Assembly (NCBI GenBank): GCA_019057795.1 | Contig: JAHLWS010000052.1 | Coordinates: forward strand, 32,835 to 96,834 | Length of the DNA: 64,000 nt | Source of the DNA: Promethearchaeota archaeon | GTDB lineage: Archaea; Asgardarchaeota; Lokiarchaeia; Sigyniarchaeales; SOKP01 | Direction: 5' to 3' | Shown here: positions 11,361 through 22,072 of the stretch, piece after piece | Layout of the letters: the number at the start of each line of letters is the position of its first letter | Numbering within the stretch: the first letter of the stretch is position 1 | The notes under the pieces: model-generated | What the model saw: only the letters and a program-made list of their open reading frames with translations | The model's database searches: none | What the model was told of the DNA's origin: nothing | Made by a program: the position numbers and the translations under genes

Positions 11361-11810
11361 ATTGAAATTTATTGTTCTAAATGTGGTCTAGAATTACCTG
11401 ATGATGCAAAATTTTGTACTTTTTGTGGAGAACCTACTGATCGCTTAACTAGCCGTCAAACTCAACCAACTCAACCAACTCAACCAACTCAACCAACACC
11501 AACACCAATACCCTCTCAAGGAACTTCAGTTACCGCACCAAGATCATCAAGTGCTACAGGTAGAATTATTGGAGCTCTTTGCACTGTTCTTATAGTTGGA
11601 ACCCTATTAATTCTTTTTGGAACACAAATGTTATACACCATACCCAGTACAGGAATAACAATACTTGTAATAGGGGCCATTGTAATTCTTTGTATAGGAT
11701 GTAGTGTATGTAGTCCTGGAAGACGCCGAAGAGGTTATAGCGGTTGTGGTGGCGGTAGTGGCGGTGGTTGCGGTGGTTGCGGTTGTGATTGTGGAGGTTG
11801 TGATTGCTAG
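11361..11810 (+). CDS. Zinc-ribbon / QPT linker / 2-TM protein with a Cys-Gly-rich tail (extends the track ORF 11628..11810)
   Basis: The frame is open from 11361 (IEIYCSKCG...FCTFCG) to the stop at 11810. It starts at ATT just after an in-frame TGA, so the start is either non-canonical or lost to an indel. Confidence 0.7.
   Translation: MEIYCSKCGLELPDDAKFCTFCGEPTDRLTSRQTQPTQPTQPTQPTPTPIPSQGTSVTAPRSSSATGRIIGALCTVLIVGTLLILFGTQMLYTIPSTGITILVIGAIVILCIGCSVCSPGRRRRGYSGCGGGSGGGCGGCGCDCGGCDC
11459..11497 (+). repeat. 9-bp tandem repeat (aactcaacc) x4 encoding a TQP linker
   Basis: Read directly from the sequence. Confidence 0.9.
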
Positions 11811-11906
11811 AGCTCCCGTTCTTACAATCCATTTATTTCAATTAATAAGGACTAATGCACAATCTAATGATCATAAAATTTTACATAATAGAATTAGAAT
11901 AGAAAG

Positions 11907-12425
11907 ATGCATCACCAAAATGATGATCTTCAAAAGGATAAAAAAGTAATCCATTGGTTAGCACATCATAATCCAAAACGCGACGATTTCGATGATCATG
12001 TATTTTATATATTTAACTATGCTATTTGTATAGGATGTTTAGCTTTTTCTTTGGGTGCTGCTTTTGCTTTAATAATAGGCAATGTATTTTATGATTATAT
12101 TGTAAATTCCATTAGTTTGCCTATATTTCTCATGATTTTTTTATTTTGCTGGATACCCTCAATTTTCCAATATGCAATTCAAATTACAGGAAAAAAATCA
12201 CTTAAAAATCGAACAGTTAAATTCATATGTCTTGTTCTTTACCCAATTGGCAGTATTTTATTAATATTCAAGTCTCCACTATGGGGATTTGTTATTTCAA
12301 TTCCTGCTGGTTATTTGATAATAATTATTAGAACAAAAAAGAATAAGACTTTAATCTCACAACGCAAGCTAAGAAAAAAAGAAATAGATTATACTCAAAT
12401 TAATTCAGAAGAATATCTAAAATAA
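11907..12425 (+). CDS. Membrane protein (DUF2085-like)
   Basis: 'LAHH...ICIGC' followed by about 4 TM helices. Confidence 0.5.
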   Translation: MHHQNDDLQKDKKVIHWLAHHNPKRDDFDDHVFYIFNYAICIGCLAFSLGAAFALIIGNVFYDYIVNSISLPIFLMIFLFCWIPSIFQYAIQITGKKSLKNRTVKFICLVLYPIGSILLIFKSPLWGFVISIPAGYLIIIIRTKKNKTLISQRKLRKKEIDYTQINSEEYLK

Positions 12426-12446
12426 AAAATAAATTAAAAAAGGAAT

Positions 12447-14606
12447 TTAGTCGTAATCCTTTATGAAATGCACTTCGTTGGTAGCTCTTTTAAGGTACCC
12501 TAAATAGCAAGCTTGATTAAAATGAGCATAAAATTTTTTTTCAATTATATCTTCTTCTTGAGCCAATTCTTTAAATTCCGAAAGAGACATTTTCCCGTCT
12601 ACGCTATAAGTTTTAGCAATTCTAATTAGCGTTTTTACATTATTATTTAAATAAATTTTTCTTTCTGTCATTTTCTTATTTTTTTCTTTTTGACCTTTTA
12701 ATTTTAATATAGAGGTTTTCAATTTCAATTTATCCAACCCTATTACATCGGAATAAAAAGTTACACCAGAATCTTTTAATTTTTTAAACTCATTGCTTTG
12801 GATGAAATTATCAAGTTCTGAAATGATTTCTTCAATGGAACGATTTGCAAGAAGTTCTTTTTCTCTTTTACGCCGTTCTTTATAATTTTTAATTAAATCT
12901 AATTCTGAAATTTTATTAGAAACTGCCTTAAAGCATATTTGTTCTCGGTTAACTACATCACATAAATCCAATTGTTTTGAATCGGATAGTACCGAATTCA
13001 TAGCCATTTCTTTTCGCTCGGCGGCTTTGTAAAAGGGGATGTCTATAGTTCCTCTAGCAATTAACACATAACATCTTCCAGGGGCGTGTCGTCCGGTTCT
13101 ACCTCGTCTTTGAATTAACCTTATTTCAGAAGGTACGGGCTCGTAAAAGATAATGGCATCGACATTTGGAATATCAAGGCCTTCTTCTGCTACACTTGTA
13201 GCCACAAGAATGTCTATCGCACCAGTTTTAAACTGTTTTATTATTTCTCCTTGCTGATATTGTGAAAAGCCTATATCATTTATCTTAGTTGACTGACCTA
13301 TAAATTTTTCTACACTCAATCGAGTTCCAAAGCGTTCCTTGAGTTTTCCTTTCAATAATTCTGCCATTTCTCGGTACTGAGTAAAAACAATGATTTTATT
13401 ATTACGAAATTCTTCGATTTCTTCAGTTATAATTGAAAATAACTTTTCAATTTTAGGATGAATGTAATTATCGCGGTTGTTCTGCTCAAAAATGTTTTTA
13501 ATGAACTTATAATGATCAGAATTAATAATTCTCTTAGCTGAAAGAATGTCATGGCCAGATTTATATTCTATTTTTTCTAAAAAAGTTTCAAATAACGAGA
13601 TATTTTGAGATTCTAGCAAATCTTTCCCATGTAGTAAAGAAATACAGCTTGAACTATAAGAATAAATCGATTCGATATTGAGCGAATTCTCTTTTACTAA
13701 ATCTATGATTCGTGGAGATTGAAAATAAAGAGCTTCTTGGTATTCTTCTTCTGATAACTCGGGTAAATAGCCATTATTATACCTTAGAGAGAGCGTTAAA
13801 TCTCGCGATATTCCTAAGAAATCCAACTTAGAGTAATAACGCTTATTGGGTGGAATTAATTTTTTTTCGATAAAGAATCTTAAAAATTTTTCAAATAAGT
13901 TATACCAAATCGCACTTAACTCTAAAACTTTAATTGGCAAATCGACAAATTCTAAATACGTGTCAATATCGTAAATATACTGTTTTACGTCTTTATCTTC
14001 GTAGGTTTTAAATATAACATTCTCAATAAACAAATTATCGCACAATTGTTGAATGTGAAAATAACTTTTTCCTGGAGAGGCAGTTAGCCCTAAAACAAGC
14101 GGGTCTTTACACGTATTAAGATATTCGTTTGAAATAAAACAATAGGCGTAATTACCTCTCGTTCTGTGTGCTTCGTCGAAAATTATTAGAGAAACATGCT
14201 TCAAATCGTATCGTCCCCTTTCTACATCGTTTTTTATTACTTGAGGTGTCGATACTATAATTTTAGAGTTGTTAAAAAGTAAAATTCTCTTTTCTGGCGA
14301 AATCTTGCCTGTAAATGAAGTAATTAAATTAGAATCAATACTTAAAAAGTCCTCACATGAAGCCTTATGTTGCGAGACTAAAGGCCTAGTGGGTGCAAGT
14401 ATAATGATCTTTGATTTCGAATATTTTTCCAGAGCTTTACCTATAAGTAAAATCCCTATAATTGTTTTTCCTAAGCCGGTTGGTAATACTACTAACGAAT
14501 TTCTTCCTTTACACTTTTTAATAATATTACTTTGGTATTTTCGATAAAATACTCTATTCTTTTTTAAGAAAGGTTCGTTAAAAAATTCAGACACTTCGCT
14601 TTGCAT
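12447..14606 (-). CDS. hef: Hef/FANCM-like SF2 DEAH helicase (no C-terminal ERCC4 nuclease evident)
   Basis: LPTGLGKT, DEAH, TASP, ATSVAEEGLDIP and QRRGRTGR motifs. Confidence 0.88.
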   Translation of the reverse strand: MQSEVSEFFNEPFLKKNRVFYRKYQSNIIKKCKGRNSLVVLPTGLGKTIIGILLIGKALEKYSKSKIIILAPTRPLVSQHKASCEDFLSIDSNLITSFTGKISPEKRILLFNNSKIIVSTPQVIKNDVERGRYDLKHVSLIIFDEAHRTRGNYAYCFISNEYLNTCKDPLVLGLTASPGKSYFHIQQLCDNLFIENVIFKTYEDKDVKQYIYDIDTYLEFVDLPIKVLELSAIWYNLFEKFLRFFIEKKLIPPNKRYYSKLDFLGISRDLTLSLRYNNGYLPELSEEEYQEALYFQSPRIIDLVKENSLNIESIYSYSSSCISLLHGKDLLESQNISLFETFLEKIEYKSGHDILSAKRIINSDHYKFIKNIFEQNNRDNYIHPKIEKLFSIITEEIEEFRNNKIIVFTQYREMAELLKGKLKERFGTRLSVEKFIGQSTKINDIGFSQYQQGEIIKQFKTGAIDILVATSVAEEGLDIPNVDAIIFYEPVPSEIRLIQRRGRTGRHAPGRCYVLIARGTIDIPFYKAAERKEMAMNSVLSDSKQLDLCDVVNREQICFKAVSNKISELDLIKNYKERRKREKELLANRSIEEIISELDNFIQSNEFKKLKDSGVTFYSDVIGLDKLKLKTSILKLKGQKEKNKKMTERKIYLNNNVKTLIRIAKTYSVDGKMSLSEFKELAQEEDIIEKKFYAHFNQACYLGYLKRATNEVHFIKDYD

Positions 14607-14683
14607 GTTGAAGAAAAATTGAAATTAAGCCTTTTTAATTCAAAGAGGGTTAAGATTTTTATAACATCAAGTAAAGAATTTTT

Positions 14684-16066
14684 TTAACTTTCAAACTGAG
14701 GGAGCCATTCTTTTTCGGCATCAAACATATCAGCCACCATTTCTCTAATTTCTTTCGGAGAACACACGCTTGCTGTATTAGGATCGAGTAATACTGAGTG
14801 ATAAATTTTTTCTCGATCTAATTCAAGAGCGCCTTCAACTGCCGCTTTTTGGACCATAACATTTGATATACACAATGCTTGACAGATAGTAGGCAATTTT
14901 ATTCCTCCTTGTGGATGTATTCCATGATAGTCAGCAAATACAGGTACCTCGACACAGCAATCCTTTGGTAAATTTGTTATCAAAGCGCCTTCTTTGTTAA
15001 TTACATTACCATTAAACCTAAAAGGCTTGTTCGTTTCTATTGCGTTTATAATATGTGAAGCGTATTCATCGGTGGGAGCTTTTTTTAATTTAAGTCTTTT
15101 TCGTTCAATTCGTCTACTTAGACGTTTTTCTAGTTTGTCCGCTTCAATGCTATCAAATCTTAATACTTCTCCGTGAATCAGGCTGTTATGGAAAGTTTCA
15201 GCACCTTTAAATTGTTCGAGCAAACCTTTCCTTTTTCTGTAGTATGGTAAATATTCACTTAGATGCCCCGAGGATTCAGTCATAAAATATCCAGTAGCTT
15301 CCATCATATCCCAACGGAGTTTTTCACTTCCAGCTAATTCAGGATTCTTTTTGTAAGCGTTATATAATAACGGATATATGTCTTTCCAAGTTTTATTTGG
15401 ATCAGTCGGGTTTTTGTACCATGCATTTAAGAACCAAGCCATATGGTTGATTCCCGCACATAAATAGCTGAAATCTTCACGTTTTGCAGCTATCCAATGC
15501 CGTAATAGTGCTGCTGTTCCTTGTACGCCATGACATAGTCCTACAGTTGAATCGGGATAAATGGAATTAGAATACCAGGTATTCATTGCCATTGGATTAG
15601 CATAGTTAAGTAATAAGGGTTTTAATTCAGAATTATATCCAACTTCTTTGATTAAATCAACTATTTTCTTAAGTGCTGTGGATTGGCGTAAAAATCGAAA
15701 TATGCCTCCTGGACCGAGAGTATCCCCTACACACTGAGTGACACCGTACTTAAATGGGATTTCTATATCGAGCTTAAAAGCATTTAGTCCACCCACATGA
15801 ATAGCACTGATTAAGTATTTGGCGTTAGTGATAGCTCTCTTTAGATCAGTTGTCTTCTCAAACGACACGCGCTCCAACTGTTCTGGATTTGATTCCTTAT
15901 ATTTTAGCATTAATTTATACATTAAATCTAAACGAGTCGGATCGATATCCTCTAGGCAAATGAGAGTATCTTCTCTTAGAGCAGGATGTGCAAGGATGTC
16001 TGTGAGGATATTTTGCCCAAATACGATACTTCCTGCTCCGATCATAGTAATTTTCAGATTTTTCAC
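14684..16066 (-). CDS. melA: GH4 alpha-galactosidase/alpha-glucosidase
   Basis: IGAGS, GDTLGPGG, NYANP, GLCHG, GINH and TESSGH motifs. Confidence 0.88.
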   Translation of the reverse strand: MKNLKITMIGAGSIVFGQNILTDILAHPALREDTLICLEDIDPTRLDLMYKLMLKYKESNPEQLERVSFEKTTDLKRAITNAKYLISAIHVGGLNAFKLDIEIPFKYGVTQCVGDTLGPGGIFRFLRQSTALKKIVDLIKEVGYNSELKPLLLNYANPMAMNTWYSNSIYPDSTVGLCHGVQGTAALLRHWIAAKREDFSYLCAGINHMAWFLNAWYKNPTDPNKTWKDIYPLLYNAYKKNPELAGSEKLRWDMMEATGYFMTESSGHLSEYLPYYRKRKGLLEQFKGAETFHNSLIHGEVLRFDSIEADKLEKRLSRRIERKRLKLKKAPTDEYASHIINAIETNKPFRFNGNVINKEGALITNLPKDCCVEVPVFADYHGIHPQGGIKLPTICQALCISNVMVQKAAVEGALELDREKIYHSVLLDPNTASVCSPKEIREMVADMFDAEKEWLPQFES

Positions 16067-16126
16067 CTATAAAATAATTAAATTGAAATTTTTAATATTT
16101 AAGATAATAATAATTTAGCTAACAAA

Positions 16127-17140
16127 TTATAATTTATTTGTAGGGTAAAACTTTATCTCTTTCTTACCTTCAATTCGCCTAATTAGGTTTTCTTTTTCCA
16201 ACATTTTTATTGTAAGACACACCCATCCCCTTACCATTTCGAATCGCATCTTCTTTCCATTTGGATACAATTCTCGAATAATGTTGTTGGGAGATATACC
16301 CTTTTCAGGATTTGCTTCAATAATATCTAATAAATTTTGAGTTCGTTCTTTTCTATGTTTTAAAATCTCAATACTTCGCTCTCTTGGATTATTAATAATG
16401 TTTCCATGAGCGGCTAATATTATTTTAAGATTAGGTAAGTTTTGAATCGTTTCAACAGATTCAATATAATCCTCTAGGCTGCAATTTGGAGGACCAAGCC
16501 AAGTAGTCATAGAATTTAAAATATTATCTCCAGAAAATAAAATTCCCTTTTCTTCATTGTATAAAGAGATATGGTCTATTGCATGTCCGGGCGAATGAAA
16601 AATTCTCCAATTCTCACCGTTTATCGAAATTTCAGTATTATCTTTAATAATTTCATCTGGATCGGTAACAAATGAAAGCCCATATAACCGTTTAAAAAAT
16701 AGATGTGTTAATATTTTTTGTAAGAAGTTTCTTATTTTATACCGGAATCCTTTATGAATGATTAGATAATCCTCATAACTATCTGCGTTAAACGATTTCA
16801 TAAAACTTTTTTTATTCTTTATAATATTAGCTGTTTTCTCTGTTAGCACAATTTTAACTCCAAGTGAATTTTTTATCCTTTTTAACCCTGCAAAATGATC
16901 AGGGTGGCCATGAGACACAAGGATTCGTGTAATTTTAAAATCTTCTTTATTATCCCTATATATCTGTTCTATTTTGTTAATTTCTTTAATAAAGAATTTT
17001 ACAACCTTTTTATTACCAAAACCAGCGTCAAAGATTAATCCATCAGGACCTGCTATAACATAAATGTTTTCTGAAGGCTTGATTCGCTCGAAACCACTTT
17101 TTTCTTTAATCAAAAATATACCGGGGATTACTTCTTCCAT
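16127..17140 (-). CDS. MBL-fold metallo-hydrolase
   Basis: SHGHPDH, PGH, FSGD and AHG motifs. Confidence 0.88.
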   Translation of the reverse strand: MEEVIPGIFLIKEKSGFERIKPSENIYVIAGPDGLIFDAGFGNKKVVKFFIKEINKIEQIYRDNKEDFKITRILVSHGHPDHFAGLKRIKNSLGVKIVLTEKTANIIKNKKSFMKSFNADSYEDYLIIHKGFRYKIRNFLQKILTHLFFKRLYGLSFVTDPDEIIKDNTEISINGENWRIFHSPGHAIDHISLYNEEKGILFSGDNILNSMTTWLGPPNCSLEDYIESVETIQNLPNLKIILAAHGNIINNPRERSIEILKHRKERTQNLLDIIEANPEKGISPNNIIRELYPNGKKMRFEMVRGWVCLTIKMLEKENLIRRIEGKKEIKFYPTNKL

Positions 17141-17236
17141 GATAAATAATCATTTAAATAAATTAACGAATTTAAAAAAAGATTTTGTATAAAATTAATA
17201 TGCGTAAAAATAATATTTCCGATAGTATCAAAGAAA

Positions 17237-18823
17237 TTAAGTTTGTTCACTTATTACTTCTCTAATTTTATCGTGTGTTAAAATTTTGGGTTTAATACTT
17301 TCTTTTGGTTCTTTTACAATTGGATTTTCGCTGGAAATATAAATATTTTTCATTAATTCCTCTGGATTCCTTAGTTCGTCAGATATAACTCTGGTGGTAA
17401 TTCCTTGGGTGTACAACATGCCCAATCCACCTATAACTCCTTGTTTAATTAATCTACCCATACATGAAAGCATCCAATTAAATTTTCCAAACGGATTCAT
17501 ATACTCTTTTGCTCTTCTTATAATCCAACTTCTTAAGTAGAAAGCAGCATAAGCTTCAGCAACTAATTGAAGAAAATCTTTAGACGACAATTCTTCAGTT
17601 CTCATCATTGGATGAAATAAATCGTAAAACTTGTAATTATGAGCAGTTATCATGCCCTTTTCTTTCATTTCGTCGTAAAAATCGGTGCCAGGAAAAGCGG
17701 TAATCGGTGTAAATTGAACAACATCTAAATCTAAGTCAATTGCATACTGGATAGTTTGCCGGACCATCCGTTTTGTTTCCCCCGGGAAGCCAATAATAAC
17801 TCCTCCAAAGATAGATATACCTTTATCTCGTAGGCTTTTTACCACTTTTTGAACCATAGCTGGCGTTGTATTTTTCTTATTCATGGCATCTAAACTTTGT
17901 TGATGTACTGATTCAATTCCTAGAAATGTTTGCTTAAATCCAGCCTTATAAAGTTTATCGATTAATACAGGGTTTCTATACAATGTATCAACCCGCGATT
18001 GGCAGGAAAAGTGCATCTTATTTTGTACACCTGACTTTATGATTGTGTCTAAAATTTTATGCGTTCGTTTTACGTTTATGGTAAAATTATCTTCGCAAAA
18101 GAATATAAAATCGTTTTTCCAATCTACATCGTAAATTTCTCGCATAATTCTTGAAATTGATTTAGTTCTGTAAGTAATAGGTTGATTCGAATTTCGCCAC
18201 ATCTTTATAATACAACAAAACTTACAATTGTGTGGACAACCTCGAGAAGTCTCAATTTGTTGAGTTGTTGTTCCTAAATAAGTGTAAAGTTTCCCTTTTA
18301 AAAGATCTCTACGAGGCATCGGAAAATTATCTAAATTGCATTCCAATTGTCGCTCATTATTATGGATTATTTTACCATCTTTATTTAAGTACGATATTCC
18401 ATCAATTTCTTTTATCGAAACATTGTTTTTGTTGCCATCGATATAATCAATAATCTCTTTAAAGGTATTCTCGCCTTCACCACGGACGGTAAAATCTACA
18501 TATTCATGTTTAGCTACGAATTCAGGTACTAATGTAGGATGATATCCACCTATAATTGTGGTACATCCTTGCTCTTTAGCCATTTCTGCAACCTCCAATG
18601 CTGAATAAATTTGAGGGGTCATACTTGTAATAGCTACTACGTCGTACCGATTTAGTTCACTACGAAATCGCTTTTCACGATATTTATCTACCTTAAAATC
18701 AAACAATTTTGCGTCGTGCTCTGGTACCATAGCAGCTATTGAAATTAAACTGAGGGGCGAACCCGTAATTATTGAGTCTAATCCCGACTGTAAACGAGCA
18801 GGATTTATATATAATATCTTCAT
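17237..18823 (-). CDS. B12-binding radical SAM protein
   Basis: GGYHPT, RGEGE and SRGCPHNCKFC (CxxxCxxC) motifs. Confidence 0.92.
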   Translation of the reverse strand: MKILYINPARLQSGLDSIITGSPLSLISIAAMVPEHDAKLFDFKVDKYREKRFRSELNRYDVVAITSMTPQIYSALEVAEMAKEQGCTTIIGGYHPTLVPEFVAKHEYVDFTVRGEGENTFKEIIDYIDGNKNNVSIKEIDGISYLNKDGKIIHNNERQLECNLDNFPMPRRDLLKGKLYTYLGTTTQQIETSRGCPHNCKFCCIIKMWRNSNQPITYRTKSISRIMREIYDVDWKNDFIFFCEDNFTINVKRTHKILDTIIKSGVQNKMHFSCQSRVDTLYRNPVLIDKLYKAGFKQTFLGIESVHQQSLDAMNKKNTTPAMVQKVVKSLRDKGISIFGGVIIGFPGETKRMVRQTIQYAIDLDLDVVQFTPITAFPGTDFYDEMKEKGMITAHNYKFYDLFHPMMRTEELSSKDFLQLVAEAYAAFYLRSWIIRRAKEYMNPFGKFNWMLSCMGRLIKQGVIGGLGMLYTQGITTRVISDELRNPEELMKNIYISSENPIVKEPKESIKPKILTHDKIREVISEQT

Positions 18824-19236
18824 TTTTAACTTGATAGTTTTTTATTTTCAAAAACTGAGCCTAACTTTAACAATAGCGAAATAAATAGGCTACAATTCAT
18901 TTAGTTAATAATTGTAAAGAAAATATTATATTTAAATTTGTTGATTCTACATAGTTTTTGTTAATTCAATATAGTGGTTTAAAAGCCTTAACTCGATGCC
19001 TACGGTCAATATCTCGTCAAGTTTCTGATTGATAATCTATCTTTGTGAGCTTTAGGTAATTTATTTGTGTAATTCAGCATTCTTCCCTTGCTTGACGATC
19101 CTAACGAGTGTTATAGAATATGCAGGAAAATTTTATGGATTCTTAACATCTAAATTTTTTTCCATTCTTAATTATAAAACTTTTTTTTCCTAATTTTTCT
19201 TATTAATATATATAATGTTAATGATTATGAAATGTT

Positions 19237-20103
19237 ATGGTATTCTCCAAATCAATAATTGATATTATAAAGCAGCGGACATCTTGGAGGACTTATTCTA
19301 AACGGTTACTTGAAGAACAAATAAAGGAAAAGTTGCTAGAAATATTAAAATTGCGTAATTTTAAAAGTCCGTTTAGCGAAATTGCTGGAAATTGTCGTTT
19401 TGATTTAATAGCTACGCCAGAATTTGACCCGGATGAAAAGAAAAAATTGGGAACCTATGGTTTAATAAAGGGCGCTCAAGAATTTATTGTTGGAGCAGTT
19501 GAAAAATCTGATTATGACCGAGAAAATTATGGTTATCTTTTAGAAGCTATTATTTTATCTGCAACTGATATGAATTTAGGCACGTGTTGGTTAGGAGGTT
19601 TTTTTAATCGAAGTCTTTTTTCTAAAAAAATCAAATGCGAACCTAACGAAGCTGTACCCGCAATTACACCTGTAGGATACGCCGCAGAAACTAGAAGAGC
19701 AAAAGAAAAAATTATCCGTTCGTTCGTAAAAGCTGACGCAAGGTATTCATGGGATCAACTTTTTTTTGAACGAGATTTCTCTACTAATCTTTCTCAAGAA
19801 AATATTGGTAAATACGCAACTTTATTAGAAATGGTTCGTCTTGGTCCATCTGCGGGTAATAAGCAACCATGGAGAATAATAAAAGAACTGGACGCTGATA
19901 AGTTTCATTTTTACGTAAGGTTCTCAAAAGATAAAAAAGGTTTGATTTATAACAAATTTGTGCGTCTCGATATTGGGATTGCTGTATGTCACTTTGATCT
20001 GAGTGCGAAAGAAGTCGGAATAGGTGGAGGATGGACGTTTTCAGAACCAGATATTGAGAAGCCCGAAGAATTAAAATACATAATATCGTGGAATGGTACG
20101 TAA
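19237..20103 (+). CDS. Nitroreductase family protein
   Basis: RTSWRTY, LGTCWLGG and PSAGNKQPW motifs. Confidence 0.88.
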   Translation: MVFSKSIIDIIKQRTSWRTYSKRLLEEQIKEKLLEILKLRNFKSPFSEIAGNCRFDLIATPEFDPDEKKKLGTYGLIKGAQEFIVGAVEKSDYDRENYGYLLEAIILSATDMNLGTCWLGGFFNRSLFSKKIKCEPNEAVPAITPVGYAAETRRAKEKIIRSFVKADARYSWDQLFFERDFSTNLSQENIGKYATLLEMVRLGPSAGNKQPWRIIKELDADKFHFYVRFSKDKKGLIYNKFVRLDIGIAVCHFDLSAKEVGIGGGWTFSEPDIEKPEELKYIISWNGT

Positions 20104-20271
20104 TCTTCTAAATTATATACTTTTTTAAAGAGATAAAGATTTTTTATTATATTCAGATCGTGAAACACTCATTTCACGGAATTCCTTACATACCAGGGTA
20201 ATATCAGAATATTACGATTTAATAATCTTAATTAAAATTAAAGCAGAGACAAATTAAAATTGATTAATTTT

Positions 20272-20820
20272 TTATAATTTAACATAATAATACGCATTAA
20301 TATCTTGCTGGACATCCTTCAATTCTAATTTATACGACAATTTCAGAATCTTCTCAAAATTATTCAACGGGAATTTAAAAGATATAACAATTGCTCCAGT
20401 GTTTGCCGTCTTAAGCACATGATTCAAATACTTTTGCATTGTAGGTAAAGAAAAAATATAAATAAAATTATAATTTTCTAAAGAAATATTAAAAAGATCT
20501 TCTTGTTTTAATTTAATCTTGCGAAATAATCTTTTCTTAAATTTCTTTTCTTTTTTGATCAATTTTATTTTTTCTTTTGCCTCAATAATTAAATTCCCAT
20601 TAATTTCAATACCAAATGACTTTAGTCCGTAATTTAAAGCAGAATAAATGATTATTTGACCATTCCCCGCCCCCAAGTCTATAAGTTTTTGGTTAGAGTT
20701 TCTCGTTAAACCAAATTTAACTTGAAGAATATGAAATATTTCTTCCAGCAGATCGATGGGGGTTTCTGAAAAAGGTAATTGAAGTTGTGAAAGAAAATTC
20801 CCTATATTCTTCTTTAACAT
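20272..20820 (-). CDS. Class I SAM-dependent methyltransferase
   Basis: LIDLGAGNG and GIEIN motifs. Confidence 0.85.
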   Translation of the reverse strand: MLKKNIGNFLSQLQLPFSETPIDLLEEIFHILQVKFGLTRNSNQKLIDLGAGNGQIIIYSALNYGLKSFGIEINGNLIIEAKEKIKLIKKEKKFKKRLFRKIKLKQEDLFNISLENYNFIYIFSLPTMQKYLNHVLKTANTGAIVISFKFPLNNFEKILKLSYKLELKDVQQDINAYYYVKL

Positions 20821-21055
20821 ATTGAAATTTCACAGATTAACTAAGAATTTTGTTTAATTCAATAATTTTATTATTATTTTTTTCAATTAAAATTTAAGCT
20901 AAAAAAGAAGCAAATTATATAAAATGAAAAATTCTAATTCTCCTATTCTTAATACTCTTAAGGGTGACAAACCCCAATATTTTGAGAAGCTTTAAAAACC
21001 AAATTTAATGATTTTAAATATTCAAAATTTGAATAAAAATACTTATCTTTTTGCG

Positions 21056-22054
21056 ATGGCAAATATATTAGTGACTGGCGGTACGGGATTTATTGGCATC
21101 CCCCTCGTCAAAAAATTGAATTCCCTTGGACATTCTTTAAAACTATTAATAAGGGAAAATAGCAATACAAACCCTTTTAAGAATTTAAATAATATTGAAT
21201 ATGTTACTGGTGATGTTCAAGATATCAGTAGTTTGGAAAAAGCTGTGAATAATGTAGATATAATATACCATCTTGCAGCTTATACAGGGATTTGGGCAAA
21301 AGATAAATCGATTTATTATGATATTAATGTTAAAGGAACAGAAAATATTGCTAATGTTGCTCTTGAAAATAACTTAAAATTATTTTATGTTAGTTCCTTT
21401 GCTGCATTAGGTCCTACTCCTCCAGAAGCCGTTGACGAGACTCATGAAAATGAGAATTTTTTTATGGAATATGAGAAATCTAAATTCCAAGCGAAAAAAC
21501 TTGTAAAAGAAATTATACCAAAAGGCTTGAAAGTAATGATTTTTTATCCCGGAATTGTATACGGTCCAGGAGATTTTAATATTTTTGGTAGAATGCTTTT
21601 TGATGTTATGAGGGGAAAAATTCTTCCCTTAGGCCTTTGTCCTGGAAAGGGAGAAGCTATGACCTGTGTATCTTATGTTTTTGATATTTCAAATGCTTTA
21701 GTAGATGTAATAAATAAGGAAGATCTTTTTGGGGAGGACTTTATTCTTGGCGGGGAAAACATTAAATTTAAGGAATATCTTGATTTAATTGCCAAAATCG
21801 GGAGAAATAAAAAGGTAAGAAAGCTTCCATTCACAATTGCGTTTGTATACGCATGGTTATTGGAGGTAAAAGCAAAATTTAATAAGAAAGTTCCTTATTT
21901 AACTCGACCTACATTAAGGGCAATTAAATATCATAGATGTTATTCTTCAAAAAAAGCCATTGACAAGTTTGGCTACACAATTACTCCATTAAAAGAAGGT
22001 TTAGAAGACACAATTAAGTGGTATAAGGATTTTAATGAAGAAAGAAAAAAATGA
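21056..22054 (+). CDS. NAD-dependent epimerase/dehydratase (extended SDR)
   Basis: ILVTGGTGFIG and YEKSK motifs. The likely start is the ATG at 21056. Confidence 0.88.
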   Translation: MANILVTGGTGFIGIPLVKKLNSLGHSLKLLIRENSNTNPFKNLNNIEYVTGDVQDISSLEKAVNNVDIIYHLAAYTGIWAKDKSIYYDINVKGTENIANVALENNLKLFYVSSFAALGPTPPEAVDETHENENFFMEYEKSKFQAKKLVKEIIPKGLKVMIFYPGIVYGPGDFNIFGRMLFDVMRGKILPLGLCPGKGEAMTCVSYVFDISNALVDVINKEDLFGEDFILGGENIKFKEYLDLIAKIGRNKKVRKLPFTIAFVYAWLLEVKAKFNKKVPYLTRPTLRAIKYHRCYSSKKAIDKFGYTITPLKEGLEDTIKWYKDFNEERKK

Positions 22055-22072
22055 GATGAGTTTTCAAACATC

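Noticed and set aside
18940-19170. Possible ncRNA or gene in the radical SAM / nitroreductase intergenic region
   Set aside because: No convincing stems. A minus-strand frame from an ATG at ~19165 has several stops and no recognisable motif.
20159-20178. cgtgaaa/tttcacg hairpin between convergent genes
   Set aside because: Only a 7-bp stem. It could be a terminator but cannot be told from chance.
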